This document shows, piece after piece, positions 39,581-49,707 of a stretch of 64,000 bases of DNA (positions are counted from its first letter, which is position 1; each line of letters opens with the position of its first letter). The position numbers and the translations under genes were made by a program. The stretch covers positions 41,915 through 105,914 of the forward strand of contig DAOULU010000037.1 in NCBI GenBank assembly GCA_034417075.1, in the 5' to 3' direction. Source of the DNA: Anaerolineales bacterium (lineage in GTDB: Bacteria; Chloroflexota; Anaerolineae; Anaerolineales; E44-bin32). The notes under the pieces are model-generated. The model saw nothing but the letters and a program-made list of their open reading frames with translations. It did not search any database and was not told the DNA's origin.

Positions 39581-40831
39581 TCATGCGGGATGTATCTTTA
39601 TCCACTCGAAAGCAACACCAAGATAACGTAAGCCTTTGTCAACGGATCCAGTTGAGTTTGGTAAGGTGGTTCTATTTACCTGGAATATAAATTTAGTTAG
39701 AAACTTGCCTTTCATTAGTACCTCTTTCGGTATTATGCCATGATAAAGAATTTCACCGTTCACTTCATTACGAATGATATCTATTCGGGATCCATTGGCG
39801 GTTAAGGATAGGCTATCAAGGATGTCTTTCGACATATAGAGCCGTATTTTGAACAAAATCTTAACATCCGAATCCTTATGAAGCGGGAAAAAAAGTGATG
39901 ATTTTGTCCCTGGTCCGGTCCACACCCAACGGTTCTCGTTTACTACTTCTGGCACATGCCATCCGTTTCCAGGAATTGGTTCTTCGAAGTAGTATTCGAT
40001 AGTCCTTTGAGTACCGTGATTTAACTGAGGGTGATTGTTTTCGTAGTTATTTAGTAGAAGTGTATCCATCATTTGTAAATAGCGTTCATCAAATAATTCT
40101 TCCGCATATTGATAAAGTTCGACATCCAGCGAGTTAAGTTCGATAAGATGTTGAACAATAGTATCTGGTAATTCAGTTTGGTTTAATTTTTCTTCCGATA
40201 CATTAACTTTTGGAATCTGAAGTACGGGTAATAAATTAAATGTGAAGGCCAGAAGGTCGAAAGACTCTTTGATTCTTTCAACCAGACCAACAAATGTAAA
40301 GTCAGATAATCGTTTCTTTGCCAAGCCGATATCGACATCGTCTATTAACTCACGAGCATGCTTGATATCTTGTAATGATTTTATTTCTATATCGAATTTT
40401 GATCCGATAAATCGTGTCTGTAAATTCTTAAAATGACCAATGTAATTTGTATCTAGTAACATTTCTGAAATGCTGTTTATTTTGATTCCCCCCCCCTTTT
40501 CAGAATCATTTAAGAGATGCCTCGAAATTTGCTTATACTGAGAGATTGATCTTTCAATAGGTTTTCTCAACATGGTAATAAAGAACGGTTTCTTGGGGAG
40601 CAACTTATTGATTTCATAAAATACATGGCCTGTAAGTACTTTATAACTACTCAAGTTAATCGGCGTTTCAGGTAACTCATACCAACGAAGGACTTCGCTT
40701 ACATGCGAAGAACCATAGTAACCCATTAACAACTTCCGTAACGTCATACCAGCCGTCTTGGGAATGTGAATGAAACAAATTTGGTCATTCTCTATGAGTG
40801 TGTGGTTTATAGAATTCTTGTTCTCATTCAT
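39581..40831 (-). CDS. Sulfotransferase (Sulfotransfer_2-like) with an extra C-terminal domain
   Basis: FIHIPKTAGMT (5'-PSB loop), MLRKPIERSISQY (3'-PB motif), LNSLDVELY. About 130-aa beta-rich C-terminal extension. Confidence 0.8.
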   Translation of the reverse strand: MNENKNSINHTLIENDQICFIHIPKTAGMTLRKLLMGYYGSSHVSEVLRWYELPETPINLSSYKVLTGHVFYEINKLLPKKPFFITMLRKPIERSISQYKQISRHLLNDSEKGGGIKINSISEMLLDTNYIGHFKNLQTRFIGSKFDIEIKSLQDIKHARELIDDVDIGLAKKRLSDFTFVGLVERIKESFDLLAFTFNLLPVLQIPKVNVSEEKLNQTELPDTIVQHLIELNSLDVELYQYAEELFDERYLQMMDTLLLNNYENNHPQLNHGTQRTIEYYFEEPIPGNGWHVPEVVNENRWVWTGPGTKSSLFFPLHKDSDVKILFKIRLYMSKDILDSLSLTANGSRIDIIRNEVNGEILYHGIIPKEVLMKGKFLTKFIFQVNRTTLPNSTGSVDKGLRYLGVAFEWIKIHPA

Positions 40832-40924
40832 GAAGTCCCACCATCATCCCGACACTAGTTTCCTAGGATTTAGTAGACCTGGAGTTAGCAGGATAATCGC
40901 GTGAAATCTTTCGAACAAACCGAT

Positions 40925-42274
40925 TTATCCTTTCGTCCCCATCAAAGCATACGTCTGGTAGTGCAATATCCATTCGCTTTCGCTTATTGGACCTTGAGTG
41001 GGTATCGGATTCTGGTAAAAAGCCTGAATATTGTGAAATCCATGATGCATCATTAGAACGACTAGTAAATCCTTGGGAATCGGCTGATGATGAGATGGGT
41101 CGAGGTAGTACGAGCGGAAATTGTCGAGGCAATAGGTGTTCACACTCTCGAGTAAAATAAAACCATCTTTCATTATTTTGGAATGGGCCAGCTTAATGAA
41201 ATCCAGGAGATACTGAAAAGGAAAATGCTCTATGACCTGAAAAGCGGTAATACCCAGCAGGTCTTCGTCGGGAAGTTTCTGAAGGAATTCGACCGCACCC
41301 GAGTGATGCACCTCGAAGTTTTCCGTTTGAAGTTTTTTAACATGACTTTCATTGGCATCTATCCCGACTGCTTTAATTCCTTGTTTATGAAGAAGTTTCA
41401 GGAACTCTCCCCGTCCGCAGCCGACATCGAGGATGGATTTAACTTCGTTACCGGGTTGCAGTTTTAAAGCATCAAGGTAAAGTGCTTGGCGGCGTGTAAT
41501 GAGTTCATCGGATCCTCGAAATACCTGTTCGATCGCTAGTTCCAATCGATCTGTTTCGTTCGTACTACCAGCTGCCTGATCCAGAAATTCTCTCAGCATT
41601 GCATATTCATGTTCCAGATTGGCCAGGGATACATGAAATTCGGTTTTATAGAACTCTGGCAATTCAACTTGCTTCGTTTGAGTTTGGAACTTGTCACTGA
41701 GGGCTCGGAGTGTTTCATCGTATTCATTCAAACGTGATTTCACTTCAGACAATCCAGCTTCTTGTTGAAAGATGCCTCTTTCCAATATTTTAGCTTGATC
41801 TTCTAGAGCCGACTCCAAAGCGGCATAAGTATTAACGAGTCGTTTCATCTCACCACCGAGGTCTTCCATGTTCTTGAGCGATGATTGACTCTGCATTTGT
41901 AAATCAGCTACCTTATCATCCAACTTCGTTAGGTGATCCCTGAGTTCTTGAATATTCGCTTGTACTGTATTGTGGACTTCATAAGTAGTCGCCAGGTTGT
42001 GCATGGCGATGTCTTGAATTCGGTAAAATCGTTGCGGTAATAAGATACATCGAACGATCCATTTTGTGATTGATCCAACAATGGGGATTCTTTTTACGAA
42101 TTCTTTAAAGGATACGAATGTCTTTAACCGACGAAATTCAACTTGGCTTTGTGGCTTCGTTTCAGTTCGTTCGCTTTCGTTAACCTCAAATAAGCTCAAC
42201 CTGGACAACCGGTCATGGATTCTCCGTTTTATGTGCTCAGATTTGATCTTGTTGTCTGTATCGAGATTGTCCAT
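40925..42274 (-). CDS. Class I SAM methyltransferase with a long N-terminal coiled coil (WbdD-like chain-capping candidate)
   Basis: Heptad-rich helical region over roughly aa 95-240, then LDVGCGRGEF, FQVIEH, YLDPSH. Confidence 0.8.
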   Translation of the reverse strand: MDNLDTDNKIKSEHIKRRIHDRLSRLSLFEVNESERTETKPQSQVEFRRLKTFVSFKEFVKRIPIVGSITKWIVRCILLPQRFYRIQDIAMHNLATTYEVHNTVQANIQELRDHLTKLDDKVADLQMQSQSSLKNMEDLGGEMKRLVNTYAALESALEDQAKILERGIFQQEAGLSEVKSRLNEYDETLRALSDKFQTQTKQVELPEFYKTEFHVSLANLEHEYAMLREFLDQAAGSTNETDRLELAIEQVFRGSDELITRRQALYLDALKLQPGNEVKSILDVGCGRGEFLKLLHKQGIKAVGIDANESHVKKLQTENFEVHHSGAVEFLQKLPDEDLLGITAFQVIEHFPFQYLLDFIKLAHSKIMKDGFILLESVNTYCLDNFRSYYLDPSHHQPIPKDLLVVLMMHHGFHNIQAFYQNPIPTQGPISESEWILHYQTYALMGTKG

Positions 42275-42581
42275 ATTCTTTATATACTCGTATTGTTACG
42301 TACCGTAAAGCTGGTTTTCTTCGATTGTAGCGATATTTATCACGTCGCCAAATCTGGCTCGAATAAACCTGACAGTCGAAGTGGTTGCTTCTTATCAACA
42401 TTTAACTTTGGCTGAACGAGGCGTTCAACTTTAAATGTGTATATTATAGTAGATGCTCAGGATAAACCAAGATTGGGCTAAATCTGTTTATCAAGATTTT
42501 TTCATCGTACGCGTCTCTCAGGTTTCTAAGGGAGGGAAGTTCTTGTTTACAAACGATAATATACTTTTACTGTGATACGTT

Positions 42582-43727
42582 ATGAAAGAAGTCCTTCTAC
42601 TTTCGGGCAATAAGTTGGACGTCGGCGGTGTTGAAGCATACCTGCTTTCTTTGATCCGTCATGGTAATTCGGCAGGTTTTTGCTGGACTGTTGCCGGATG
42701 TTTTTCGAATCGTTTCTCGAATGTCCTCCGGGAACAGGGAACAAAACTACAGAATTGGCGTTCTGGCTTCCCAATTGATATTGGTGCCATTTTATCTTTG
42801 AGAGACGTCCTTGAACAAGCGGAGGTGGAGCTCCTTCATGTTCAAGACCTGCGCAGCAGTATTACTGGTGGCCTCGCGGCACGATCATTGAACATTCCTG
42901 TGGTGCGTACAATCCACATGCCCGAGTTCTACACTTCAGGGTTGGACACCTTGCGCTCTCGTCTGCGGCGCAGGTACTACATTTTGCTCGAAAGACTAAC
43001 CAATCATTGGTTGATGCATCGGGTCATTTTTGTATCCAATCGCATCCTCGATCAGGCAGTCCAACTGCATCTTGCACCATTAGAACGCAGTGAAGTTATT
43101 CCAAATGGGATTGAGCTAACCCATCAAAAACCCGTAAAACCACGCAGCGAAATTCGACAGTCGCTAGATACGCCGGAAAATGCAATTGTGCTTATATACG
43201 TTGGCAGGCTAGAGTTCCAAAAAGGAGTAGATATACTCCTTCATGCACTTTCTGATTTAGCAGCAGAAATCCCACATGAAGTGTGGATCATCGGTGACGG
43301 TTCACTTCGTTCGGAACTGGAATCTTTATCAAAAGATTTACATCTGGAAACCAGAATCCACTTCCTGGGACAACGAGAAGACGTGCCCGATTTGTTGGCA
43401 GCTTCTGATGTCTTTGTCCTACCCTCGCGCTATGAAGGTATGCCAATTGCCTTGTTGGAGGCCATGGGATCTGGCTTACCTTGTATCGTCACGGATGTTG
43501 GAGAGAATGGCGTAATCGTTCGAAGGGCAAATTGTGGATATGTGATTCCGCCTGGAGAAGTCGATAGGCTTTCTGATAAATTGAGGGAGTTAATGAGCTC
43601 TTCGGAGTTGCGGATGGAGATGTCAACTGCCGCTCGATTTGCTGTGAACGAATATACCGATGTCGAGATGGCAGCACGAACATATGCAATCTACAATTCT
43701 ATATTGGCAGTTTCCGGTGTCGGTTAA
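42582..43727 (+). CDS. GT4 glycosyltransferase
   Basis: DVGGVE, IPNGI, VGRLEFQKG, LPSRYEGMPIALLEAM. Confidence 0.9.
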   Translation: MKEVLLLSGNKLDVGGVEAYLLSLIRHGNSAGFCWTVAGCFSNRFSNVLREQGTKLQNWRSGFPIDIGAILSLRDVLEQAEVELLHVQDLRSSITGGLAARSLNIPVVRTIHMPEFYTSGLDTLRSRLRRRYYILLERLTNHWLMHRVIFVSNRILDQAVQLHLAPLERSEVIPNGIELTHQKPVKPRSEIRQSLDTPENAIVLIYVGRLEFQKGVDILLHALSDLAAEIPHEVWIIGDGSLRSELESLSKDLHLETRIHFLGQREDVPDLLAASDVFVLPSRYEGMPIALLEAMGSGLPCIVTDVGENGVIVRRANCGYVIPPGEVDRLSDKLRELMSSSELRMEMSTAARFAVNEYTDVEMAARTYAIYNSILAVSGVG

Positions 43728-43800
43728 TTGGGTTTACCTCGATATTAACGCGGAAAATGAATTTTCATCTCCTCCAGAATGAGTACAATCATTGGATATT

Positions 43801-44937
43801 ATGCGTATCGTCATACTTCGATCCAATCCGGTTTCTCCGGATCCTCGTGTTGAGAAGACCGCGCGTGCATTAGCAAATATCGCCAAGCGCGTAGTTGTAT
43901 TGGGGTGGGATCGAACGGCTGAAATACGTTCACCTCAAATACTTGATTATGGCATGCTGGAATTGCTTCCCATTCGAGCACCGTTTGGTCGAGGTCTGGG
44001 TAACTTTCCACAGCTGTTACGGTGGCAGTGGGGATTGCTGCGCTGGTTGATCCGGCATCGAGAGGAATTCGATATCATTCATGCCTGCGATTTCGATACA
44101 ATCTTGCCATCATTGCTCGTCCGACTCTTGTGGCATAAGAAAGTGGTTTACGACATCTTCGATTTCTATGCGGATCATCTGAGAAACACACCTCGTTGGA
44201 TAAAACGACTCATCCGGCGTGTGGACCTTTGGGCAATCGGTCATGTCGATGCCGTAATCCTTGTTGACGAATCGCGAAAAGAACAAATAAAAGGGGCAAA
44301 GTCTCCCCGCATAATTGTTATCAACAACACACCCGAAGATGCATTAATCCCTGAGCAAGTTTTATCCAGGAAACAAGCTGATGAGCAATCCTTTCGAATT
44401 GTGTACGTCGGACTTATGAATCTCGAACGCGGCCTTGTGGAGTTATTAGAGGTGATCGAACGTCATCCCATCTGGAGATTGGATTTGGCGGGTTTTGGGG
44501 GTGATGAAAACATCATATGTTCTAGAGCTCGTGAAATACAGAATGTTCGATTCCACGGGAGGATTCAGTATCAACAGGCGATTTCGTTAATGGGATCGGC
44601 AGATGTTTTCGTCGCTTTGTACGATCCAAGTATTACCAATCATCGCTTCGCCAGTCCCAATAAACTTTTCGAGGCAATGATGCTTGGTAAACCGATAATT
44701 GTCGCAAGCGGCACAAGCATGGATCGAATCGTTCAACAAGAAGGATGTGGGATGATCGTTCAATATGGAGATGTTGATGCGCTTGATGAAGCGTTAACAG
44801 ATCTTGCACGGGATGAGTCCTTGAGGTTTCAATTGGGCGAAGCTGGACGATATGCATACAAGCATAAATATCATTGGAATTTGATGCGTGAGAGGCTGAT
44901 TAATTTATATCAGGAACTGGCGTCGATTCGAGCGTAA
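43801..44937 (+). CDS. GT4 glycosyltransferase
   Basis: DPRVEK, IHACDFDT, VYDIFD, ASPNKLFEAM. Confidence 0.85.
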   Translation: MRIVILRSNPVSPDPRVEKTARALANIAKRVVVLGWDRTAEIRSPQILDYGMLELLPIRAPFGRGLGNFPQLLRWQWGLLRWLIRHREEFDIIHACDFDTILPSLLVRLLWHKKVVYDIFDFYADHLRNTPRWIKRLIRRVDLWAIGHVDAVILVDESRKEQIKGAKSPRIIVINNTPEDALIPEQVLSRKQADEQSFRIVYVGLMNLERGLVELLEVIERHPIWRLDLAGFGGDENIICSRAREIQNVRFHGRIQYQQAISLMGSADVFVALYDPSITNHRFASPNKLFEAMMLGKPIIVASGTSMDRIVQQEGCGMIVQYGDVDALDEALTDLARDESLRFQLGEAGRYAYKHKYHWNLMRERLINLYQELASIRA

Positions 44938-44963
44938 GTTAGGAACGATGATGGCTTGGGATT

Positions 44964-46130
44964 ATGTTCACTGGCAAGCGAGAGAACCCTGTGGGTAGAA
45001 ATCAAAAGATTCTGCTTGTAGCGAATACCGATTGGTATCTCTATAATTTCCGGCTCTCCTTGGCGAAAATGCTAAGAGAGGAAGGCTTTGAAGTTGTATT
45101 GATCTCTCCACCGGGTGCATATTCACATTTATTTCAAGGTGAAGGCTTTCGCTGGCTTTCTGTTCCGATGTCACGGCGAGGGATTTTTCCTCCTTCCGAG
45201 TTCATGACATATAAGCATCTAAAGTCGATTTACCAGCAGGAAAACCCCAAGCTTGTCCATCACCATACAATCAAACCGAATATATACGGGACACTTGCAG
45301 CGCGTGCGGTTGCTGTGCCTGCAATTGTTGTTTCAGTTACAGGATTAGGGTATGTCTTCATCAGTCAAGGCATAGCAGGGAAAATGCTTTCGAAAATAAT
45401 CAAACCCACCTATCGTTATTGTCTTGATTCATCCAATGTCGAAGTTATTTTTGAAAATAGTGGAGATTATGAATTCTTTATTCAAGAACAAATAACCAAC
45501 GCGAAGCAGTCAACAATTATCGAGGGAGTTGGGGTAAATCTGGATCTATATCGACCGTCAAAGGAACCAGATGGGGTGCCGATCGTCATGCTGGCAGGTC
45601 GTATGTTATGGGATAAAGGCGTAGGTGAGTTCGTTGAGAGTGCAAAAATACTCAAGGACCGCGGTGTAGAGGCTCGGTTTGTCCTTGTTGGTGGTCCTGA
45701 TCCCGGCAACCCGTCGATGATTTCCCTGCATCAGTTGGAGCAATGGTCACAGGCTGGTGTGGTTGAGTGGTGGGGTTTTCGAGAAAATATGCCTGAGATC
45801 ATTCAAAAGAGTCATATTGTTGTCCTTCCGTCGATAGCAGAAGGGGTACCTACAGTGTTGCTTGAAGCATCGGCATCTGGGAGACCGGTTATCGCGAGTG
45901 ACATTCCTGGATGCGGAGATATTGTTAAGGATGGAAAAACCGGATTCCTTGTTGAAGTAAGAAACGTCGAAGCCTTGGCAGATAAAATCGAGATACTGCT
46001 GGGAAAAAAGAGACTTAGAGAGATGCTGGGCAAGGCAGGACGGGTTTGGATGGAGCAGCGATTTGACGAAGATTTGATCAATCGCAGAACACTTGAGATT
46101 TACAACAGTGCTATGTCTGGTAAATCGTAA
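44964..46130 (+). CDS. GT4 glycosyltransferase (PglA/CapM-like)
   Basis: NFRLSL, HTIKPNIYG, GRMLWDKG, LPSIAEGVPTVLLEA, DIPGC. Confidence 0.9.
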   Translation: MFTGKRENPVGRNQKILLVANTDWYLYNFRLSLAKMLREEGFEVVLISPPGAYSHLFQGEGFRWLSVPMSRRGIFPPSEFMTYKHLKSIYQQENPKLVHHHTIKPNIYGTLAARAVAVPAIVVSVTGLGYVFISQGIAGKMLSKIIKPTYRYCLDSSNVEVIFENSGDYEFFIQEQITNAKQSTIIEGVGVNLDLYRPSKEPDGVPIVMLAGRMLWDKGVGEFVESAKILKDRGVEARFVLVGGPDPGNPSMISLHQLEQWSQAGVVEWWGFRENMPEIIQKSHIVVLPSIAEGVPTVLLEASASGRPVIASDIPGCGDIVKDGKTGFLVEVRNVEALADKIEILLGKKRLREMLGKAGRVWMEQRFDEDLINRRTLEIYNSAMSGKS

Positions 46131-46260
46131 GGTGCGATTTTAAGCAGCAGGTCGACATTCTGACTGAAATTATTAATTCAGACAAGATAGGGAAGTGGGT
46201 TTCGAACGCGTAAGATCAAATCGTTTACAATAGGTGATGTTGTCGCGCTTCGGAATCAAG

Positions 46261-46292
46261 AATATTGTGGCAGAGTTCCATTCCACAATATT
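46261..46292. repeat. Perfect 10-bp inverted repeat AATATTGTGG-N12-CCACAATATT (terminator or operator)
   Basis: Seen directly in the intergenic gap before the wzz-like gene. Confidence 0.55.
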
Positions 46293-46326
46293 ATTTAGTT
46301 GGACAAACAACTGTTAAGAGGGAAGG

Positions 46327-47124
46327 ATGAAGTCCGAAGAAGATGTAAGTGCCGATTTTATGATCCGGCGTATACAACACAGATGGCATGTAATTCTTCT
46401 CGTCGGCTTTCTGGGTGCTCTCATTGGTCTTTGTACCAGTGAATTAAAACGACCAAGATACAAAGCTAAAGCTTTAATGGGAATTAATATCCAGTACGGC
46501 GTAATCGACCCGTTGGAACTCGTCGTAGAGGATCGCTCTCTGAACCAGGTTGCGGAAGTCACCCTGGCAGATGGTACGTTGATGCAGATCCTGGACAACG
46601 TCTCGCAGGCTGTGCGGCAGGAACAAGGTTGGAACGATCCTGCAGATTTACGAAAGGTTGTACGGCTGGATCGAGGACTCTCCGATTGGGGTTTCGTGGT
46701 TATACTTTCCGATCCTGCCCTCGCCGCCCAGATATCCAACTTGTGGATGGAAATCAGTCTCACGGAATTAGAACGAGCTCAAGATCACGCCTGGCAGGCT
46801 GTGGCGCTTATGGGCGACGATCCCTTCCATTTGGAATGCGATCAGTTCCTACTGACTTCTGTGCCTACCGAAACCTACGCTTGGCGTTGTGATCTTGACC
46901 CTATTACACTGGATTCGGAAGCTCTCAGTGGTGAATTGCGGACCGAGATCGATCTTAGTCGAGGAATCCTGCCCGTATTTTCCTTCGAAGCACTGAGGGC
47001 GGCGGATGTGCCGCAGACGCCGGTGCTCTATGGCCGGGGCGTGATGCTGCTGTCCGGTGCTTTTATCGGTTTATTTGCGGGCCTGTGGTTCATTCTCGTT
47101 TTCCCTCGCAAACGCTCAGGATAA
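46327..47124 (+). CDS. Wzz-like chain-length determinant / polysaccharide co-polymerase
   Basis: N-terminal TM followed by YKAKALM; C-terminal Pro + GxxxG TM (PVLYGRGVMLLSGAFIGLFAG). Confidence 0.6.
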   Translation: MKSEEDVSADFMIRRIQHRWHVILLVGFLGALIGLCTSELKRPRYKAKALMGINIQYGVIDPLELVVEDRSLNQVAEVTLADGTLMQILDNVSQAVRQEQGWNDPADLRKVVRLDRGLSDWGFVVILSDPALAAQISNLWMEISLTELERAQDHAWQAVALMGDDPFHLECDQFLLTSVPTETYAWRCDLDPITLDSEALSGELRTEIDLSRGILPVFSFEALRAADVPQTPVLYGRGVMLLSGAFIGLFAGLWFILVFPRKRSG

Positions 47125-47143
47125 TCCGGCGCGCCAAAGGGAT

Positions 47144-48706
47144 GTGGTTGTGATTGAAATACTGGGCAAGCATTATTCGCTCTCTCGTGTCTATGAAAGC
47201 ACGACTTCCGCGTTGTGGTATGCGTTGCTCGTGACTGTCCCGATAACGAGTTTCCCCATAATCGCCAAACTAGCCGGAGGCAGCCAGGTTAGTCCGTTGG
47301 CCGGCGCGCCGCTCTTTCTCCTAGTGTTGCTTTGGCTAATTCCCCGCTTCTTAAAAAGGCGGACATTGCCTGCTCTGTCCATTCCACTTTTGTTTTTTAT
47401 ATCTCTTGCACTGCTTTCAATTTGTGCTTCGTTCTTCATCGGAATTCAGCCTTCATTCGGCAATACGCCACTCTCGAGATCTTTTCGCGGCTTTGCGACG
47501 CTGCTTGTGGGTGGCGCCTTTTACTTCGTGGCGGCTCAAGTTCCGGAATCCAGAGATAAAATCCGTAAAAGTCTGCGGTGGCTTTATTTCGGGGCTGCTA
47601 TTGCTCTGTTTTGGTCGACGATGCAAACGGTCTACGTCTTGAATAACATGCGCTTGAATGTCACCAACCCGACTGAAGTCCCCCTTTGGATGAACACCAT
47701 TCACCGGCAATTTTCGACCCGCAGTTTGTTCTCCCGCCGGGTGACAGGCATGGCCTTCGAACCTTCGTGGCTAGCCGACCAACTCGTCATCCTTTATTTA
47801 CCGCTCTGGCTTGCGAGCGTCTTCCAACGCTGCTCCGTGTTCTCGCGAAAGAAACGCATCCTCAGCGTCGAATTCGGTTTGGTAATCTGGGGATCCCTGA
47901 TTCTCTTTATGTCTCAATCGAGGATCGGTTTTTTGAGTTATTTTGCCATCATCGGCGTCTTGGGATTTCTTGTCTTTCTGGCGTTTGAACGGTTGTGGCT
48001 GGAACGGCGAGCGCGTCGACGGGAGGCAAAGGGCAAGGATCCTCCAAACGTACGCCAAGTGCGGCTTTGGCGGATATTAGCCTGGTCGGCGCTCATCACC
48101 ATTCTTGTGTGCATCATTTTAATCGTCGCATTGGTGCTCGTACGCCTCGATCCGCGCTACGCCCGCATGTTCGATAATTGGTTCGCCGATGATTTGCTCA
48201 AGAACGAGGACCCGGTGTATGTGATCGCCAACCAACTCATGTATGCCGAGCGAGTAGCGTACTGGGATGTCGGTTACAAAACCTTCGCCCAACATCCATT
48301 GCTCGGCGTCGGCATTGGCAACACGGGCTTTTTCTTTCTCGAAAATGTGCCCGTGTTCGGTTCTCGCTTGCCGGAGTTGATTTCCATCATCAACGGTTAT
48401 TCCGAATTTCCAAACACGAAGAGCCTTTGGATTCGCCTGTTGGCGGAGACGGGCATCGCAGGGTTTCTGACCTTCTTGATCTGGTTGGGATTGCACGCTG
48501 GCGCGGCGAGAAATCTGTACAAAATCCGAAGGGGCGTGCTCTCGACTCTGGGATTGGCGGGTCTGTTGATGCTGCTTTCACAGTTTTTCGAAGGCTTCAG
48601 CCTGGAAACCTTTGCGTTGCCTCAACTGTGGGTCTTCTTGGGGTTGATTGCAAGCGCCCATTCGCTACGGTTGGATGATCCAGAGAGCGGATCGGCGATT
48701 TCATGA
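47144..48706 (+). CDS. O-antigen ligase/polymerase (WaaL/Wzy-family) membrane protein
   Basis: FEPSWLA, SQSRIG, ERVAYW, HPLLGVGIGN, LLAETGIAG. Start uncertain (GTG 47144 or 47150). Confidence 0.8.
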   Translation: MVVIEILGKHYSLSRVYESTTSALWYALLVTVPITSFPIIAKLAGGSQVSPLAGAPLFLLVLLWLIPRFLKRRTLPALSIPLLFFISLALLSICASFFIGIQPSFGNTPLSRSFRGFATLLVGGAFYFVAAQVPESRDKIRKSLRWLYFGAAIALFWSTMQTVYVLNNMRLNVTNPTEVPLWMNTIHRQFSTRSLFSRRVTGMAFEPSWLADQLVILYLPLWLASVFQRCSVFSRKKRILSVEFGLVIWGSLILFMSQSRIGFLSYFAIIGVLGFLVFLAFERLWLERRARRREAKGKDPPNVRQVRLWRILAWSALITILVCIILIVALVLVRLDPRYARMFDNWFADDLLKNEDPVYVIANQLMYAERVAYWDVGYKTFAQHPLLGVGIGNTGFFFLENVPVFGSRLPELISIINGYSEFPNTKSLWIRLLAETGIAGFLTFLIWLGLHAGAARNLYKIRRGVLSTLGLAGLLMLLSQFFEGFSLETFALPQLWVFLGLIASAHSLRLDDPESGSAIS

Positions 48707-49707
48707 ATCCCGAAGTCTCTATAATCGTGCCCTGTTACAACGAGGAGGATACGATTTTCTCGTTGCTTGATGCGATTTACGGCCAATCCTTCGATCGAAG
48801 CGCATTGGAAGTCGTCATATCTGATGGCATGTCGACGGATAACACACGGGTGCGAATCGAGGAATTCATATCTGGGCACACCGATCTTCTTATTCGCGTC
48901 GTCGAAAACAAAAAGCGGAAGATTCCTGCGGGCTTGAATCGCGCCATCGAAAACGCCAGGGGTGATATACTCGTTCGCCTCGATGCTCACTCGGCACCCG
49001 ATCGGGAATACATCGCACGCTGCGTAGCTGCGATCGAGCGTACGAGTGCCGCAAACGTCGGCGGGATTTGGGAAATCAGGTCTTCCAGAGATCATTGGGT
49101 GTCGCGATCGATCGCGACCGCCGCAGCCCACCCATTGGGTGCCGGTGGCGCACGCTACCGCAGCGGAGGGAAGGCAGGAGAGGTGGACACGGTGCCATTT
49201 GGTGCGTTCCCCCGTCGTTGGATAGAGAAAGTCGGCCCTTTCGATGAAGACCTGGAGACGAACGAGGATTATGAATACAATGTGCGTTTGAGACGAGCCG
49301 GAGGTGTGGTCTATTTCGATCCCGAGATTCGGTCGATCTATTACGCTCGTCCGGATTTTATCTCACTGGGAAGACAGTACGCCCGCTATGGCTATTGGAA
49401 AGCACGCATGCTGTTGCGATATCCGTCATCTATTCGCTTGCGTCAGGCAATTCCCCCTATGTTTGTCAGCGCTGTCATCGTCTTGGGATTACTCGGCTTC
49501 ATCCTTAAACCGGCTTGGTGGATATTGGCCGGCGTGTTGGGAACTTACTTCGTCACAACCTGCATCGCCGGATGCATCTCGGCGCTCCAAGAAAAAAATC
49601 TTGGACTCGTGGTTGGTTTGCCGCTCGCTTTGTGGACGATGCATTTTTGTTGGGGCGGCTCCTTTATTTGGGGTATGCTTAACCATTGGGGAAGGAGACG
49701 CATTTGA
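48703..49707 (+). CDS. GT2 glycosyltransferase (ExoA-like)
   Basis: IIVPCYNEE, DGMSTD, VRLDAHS, DTVPFGAF, TNEDYEYN, C-terminal TMs. Confidence 0.85.
   Translation: MNPEVSIIVPCYNEEDTIFSLLDAIYGQSFDRSALEVVISDGMSTDNTRVRIEEFISGHTDLLIRVVENKKRKIPAGLNRAIENARGDILVRLDAHSAPDREYIARCVAAIERTSAANVGGIWEIRSSRDHWVSRSIATAAAHPLGAGGARYRSGGKAGEVDTVPFGAFPRRWIEKVGPFDEDLETNEDYEYNVRLRRAGGVVYFDPEIRSIYYARPDFISLGRQYARYGYWKARMLLRYPSSIRLRQAIPPMFVSAVIVLGLLGFILKPAWWILAGVLGTYFVTTCIAGCISALQEKNLGLVVGLPLALWTMHFCWGGSFIWGMLNHWGRRRI

Noticed and set aside
31717-42581. Idea that the minus-strand block is a phase-variable invertible segment
   Set aside because: No matching inverted repeats found by eye between 31717-31875 and 42275-42581, and no recombinase in the window. 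A dot-plot would settle it.
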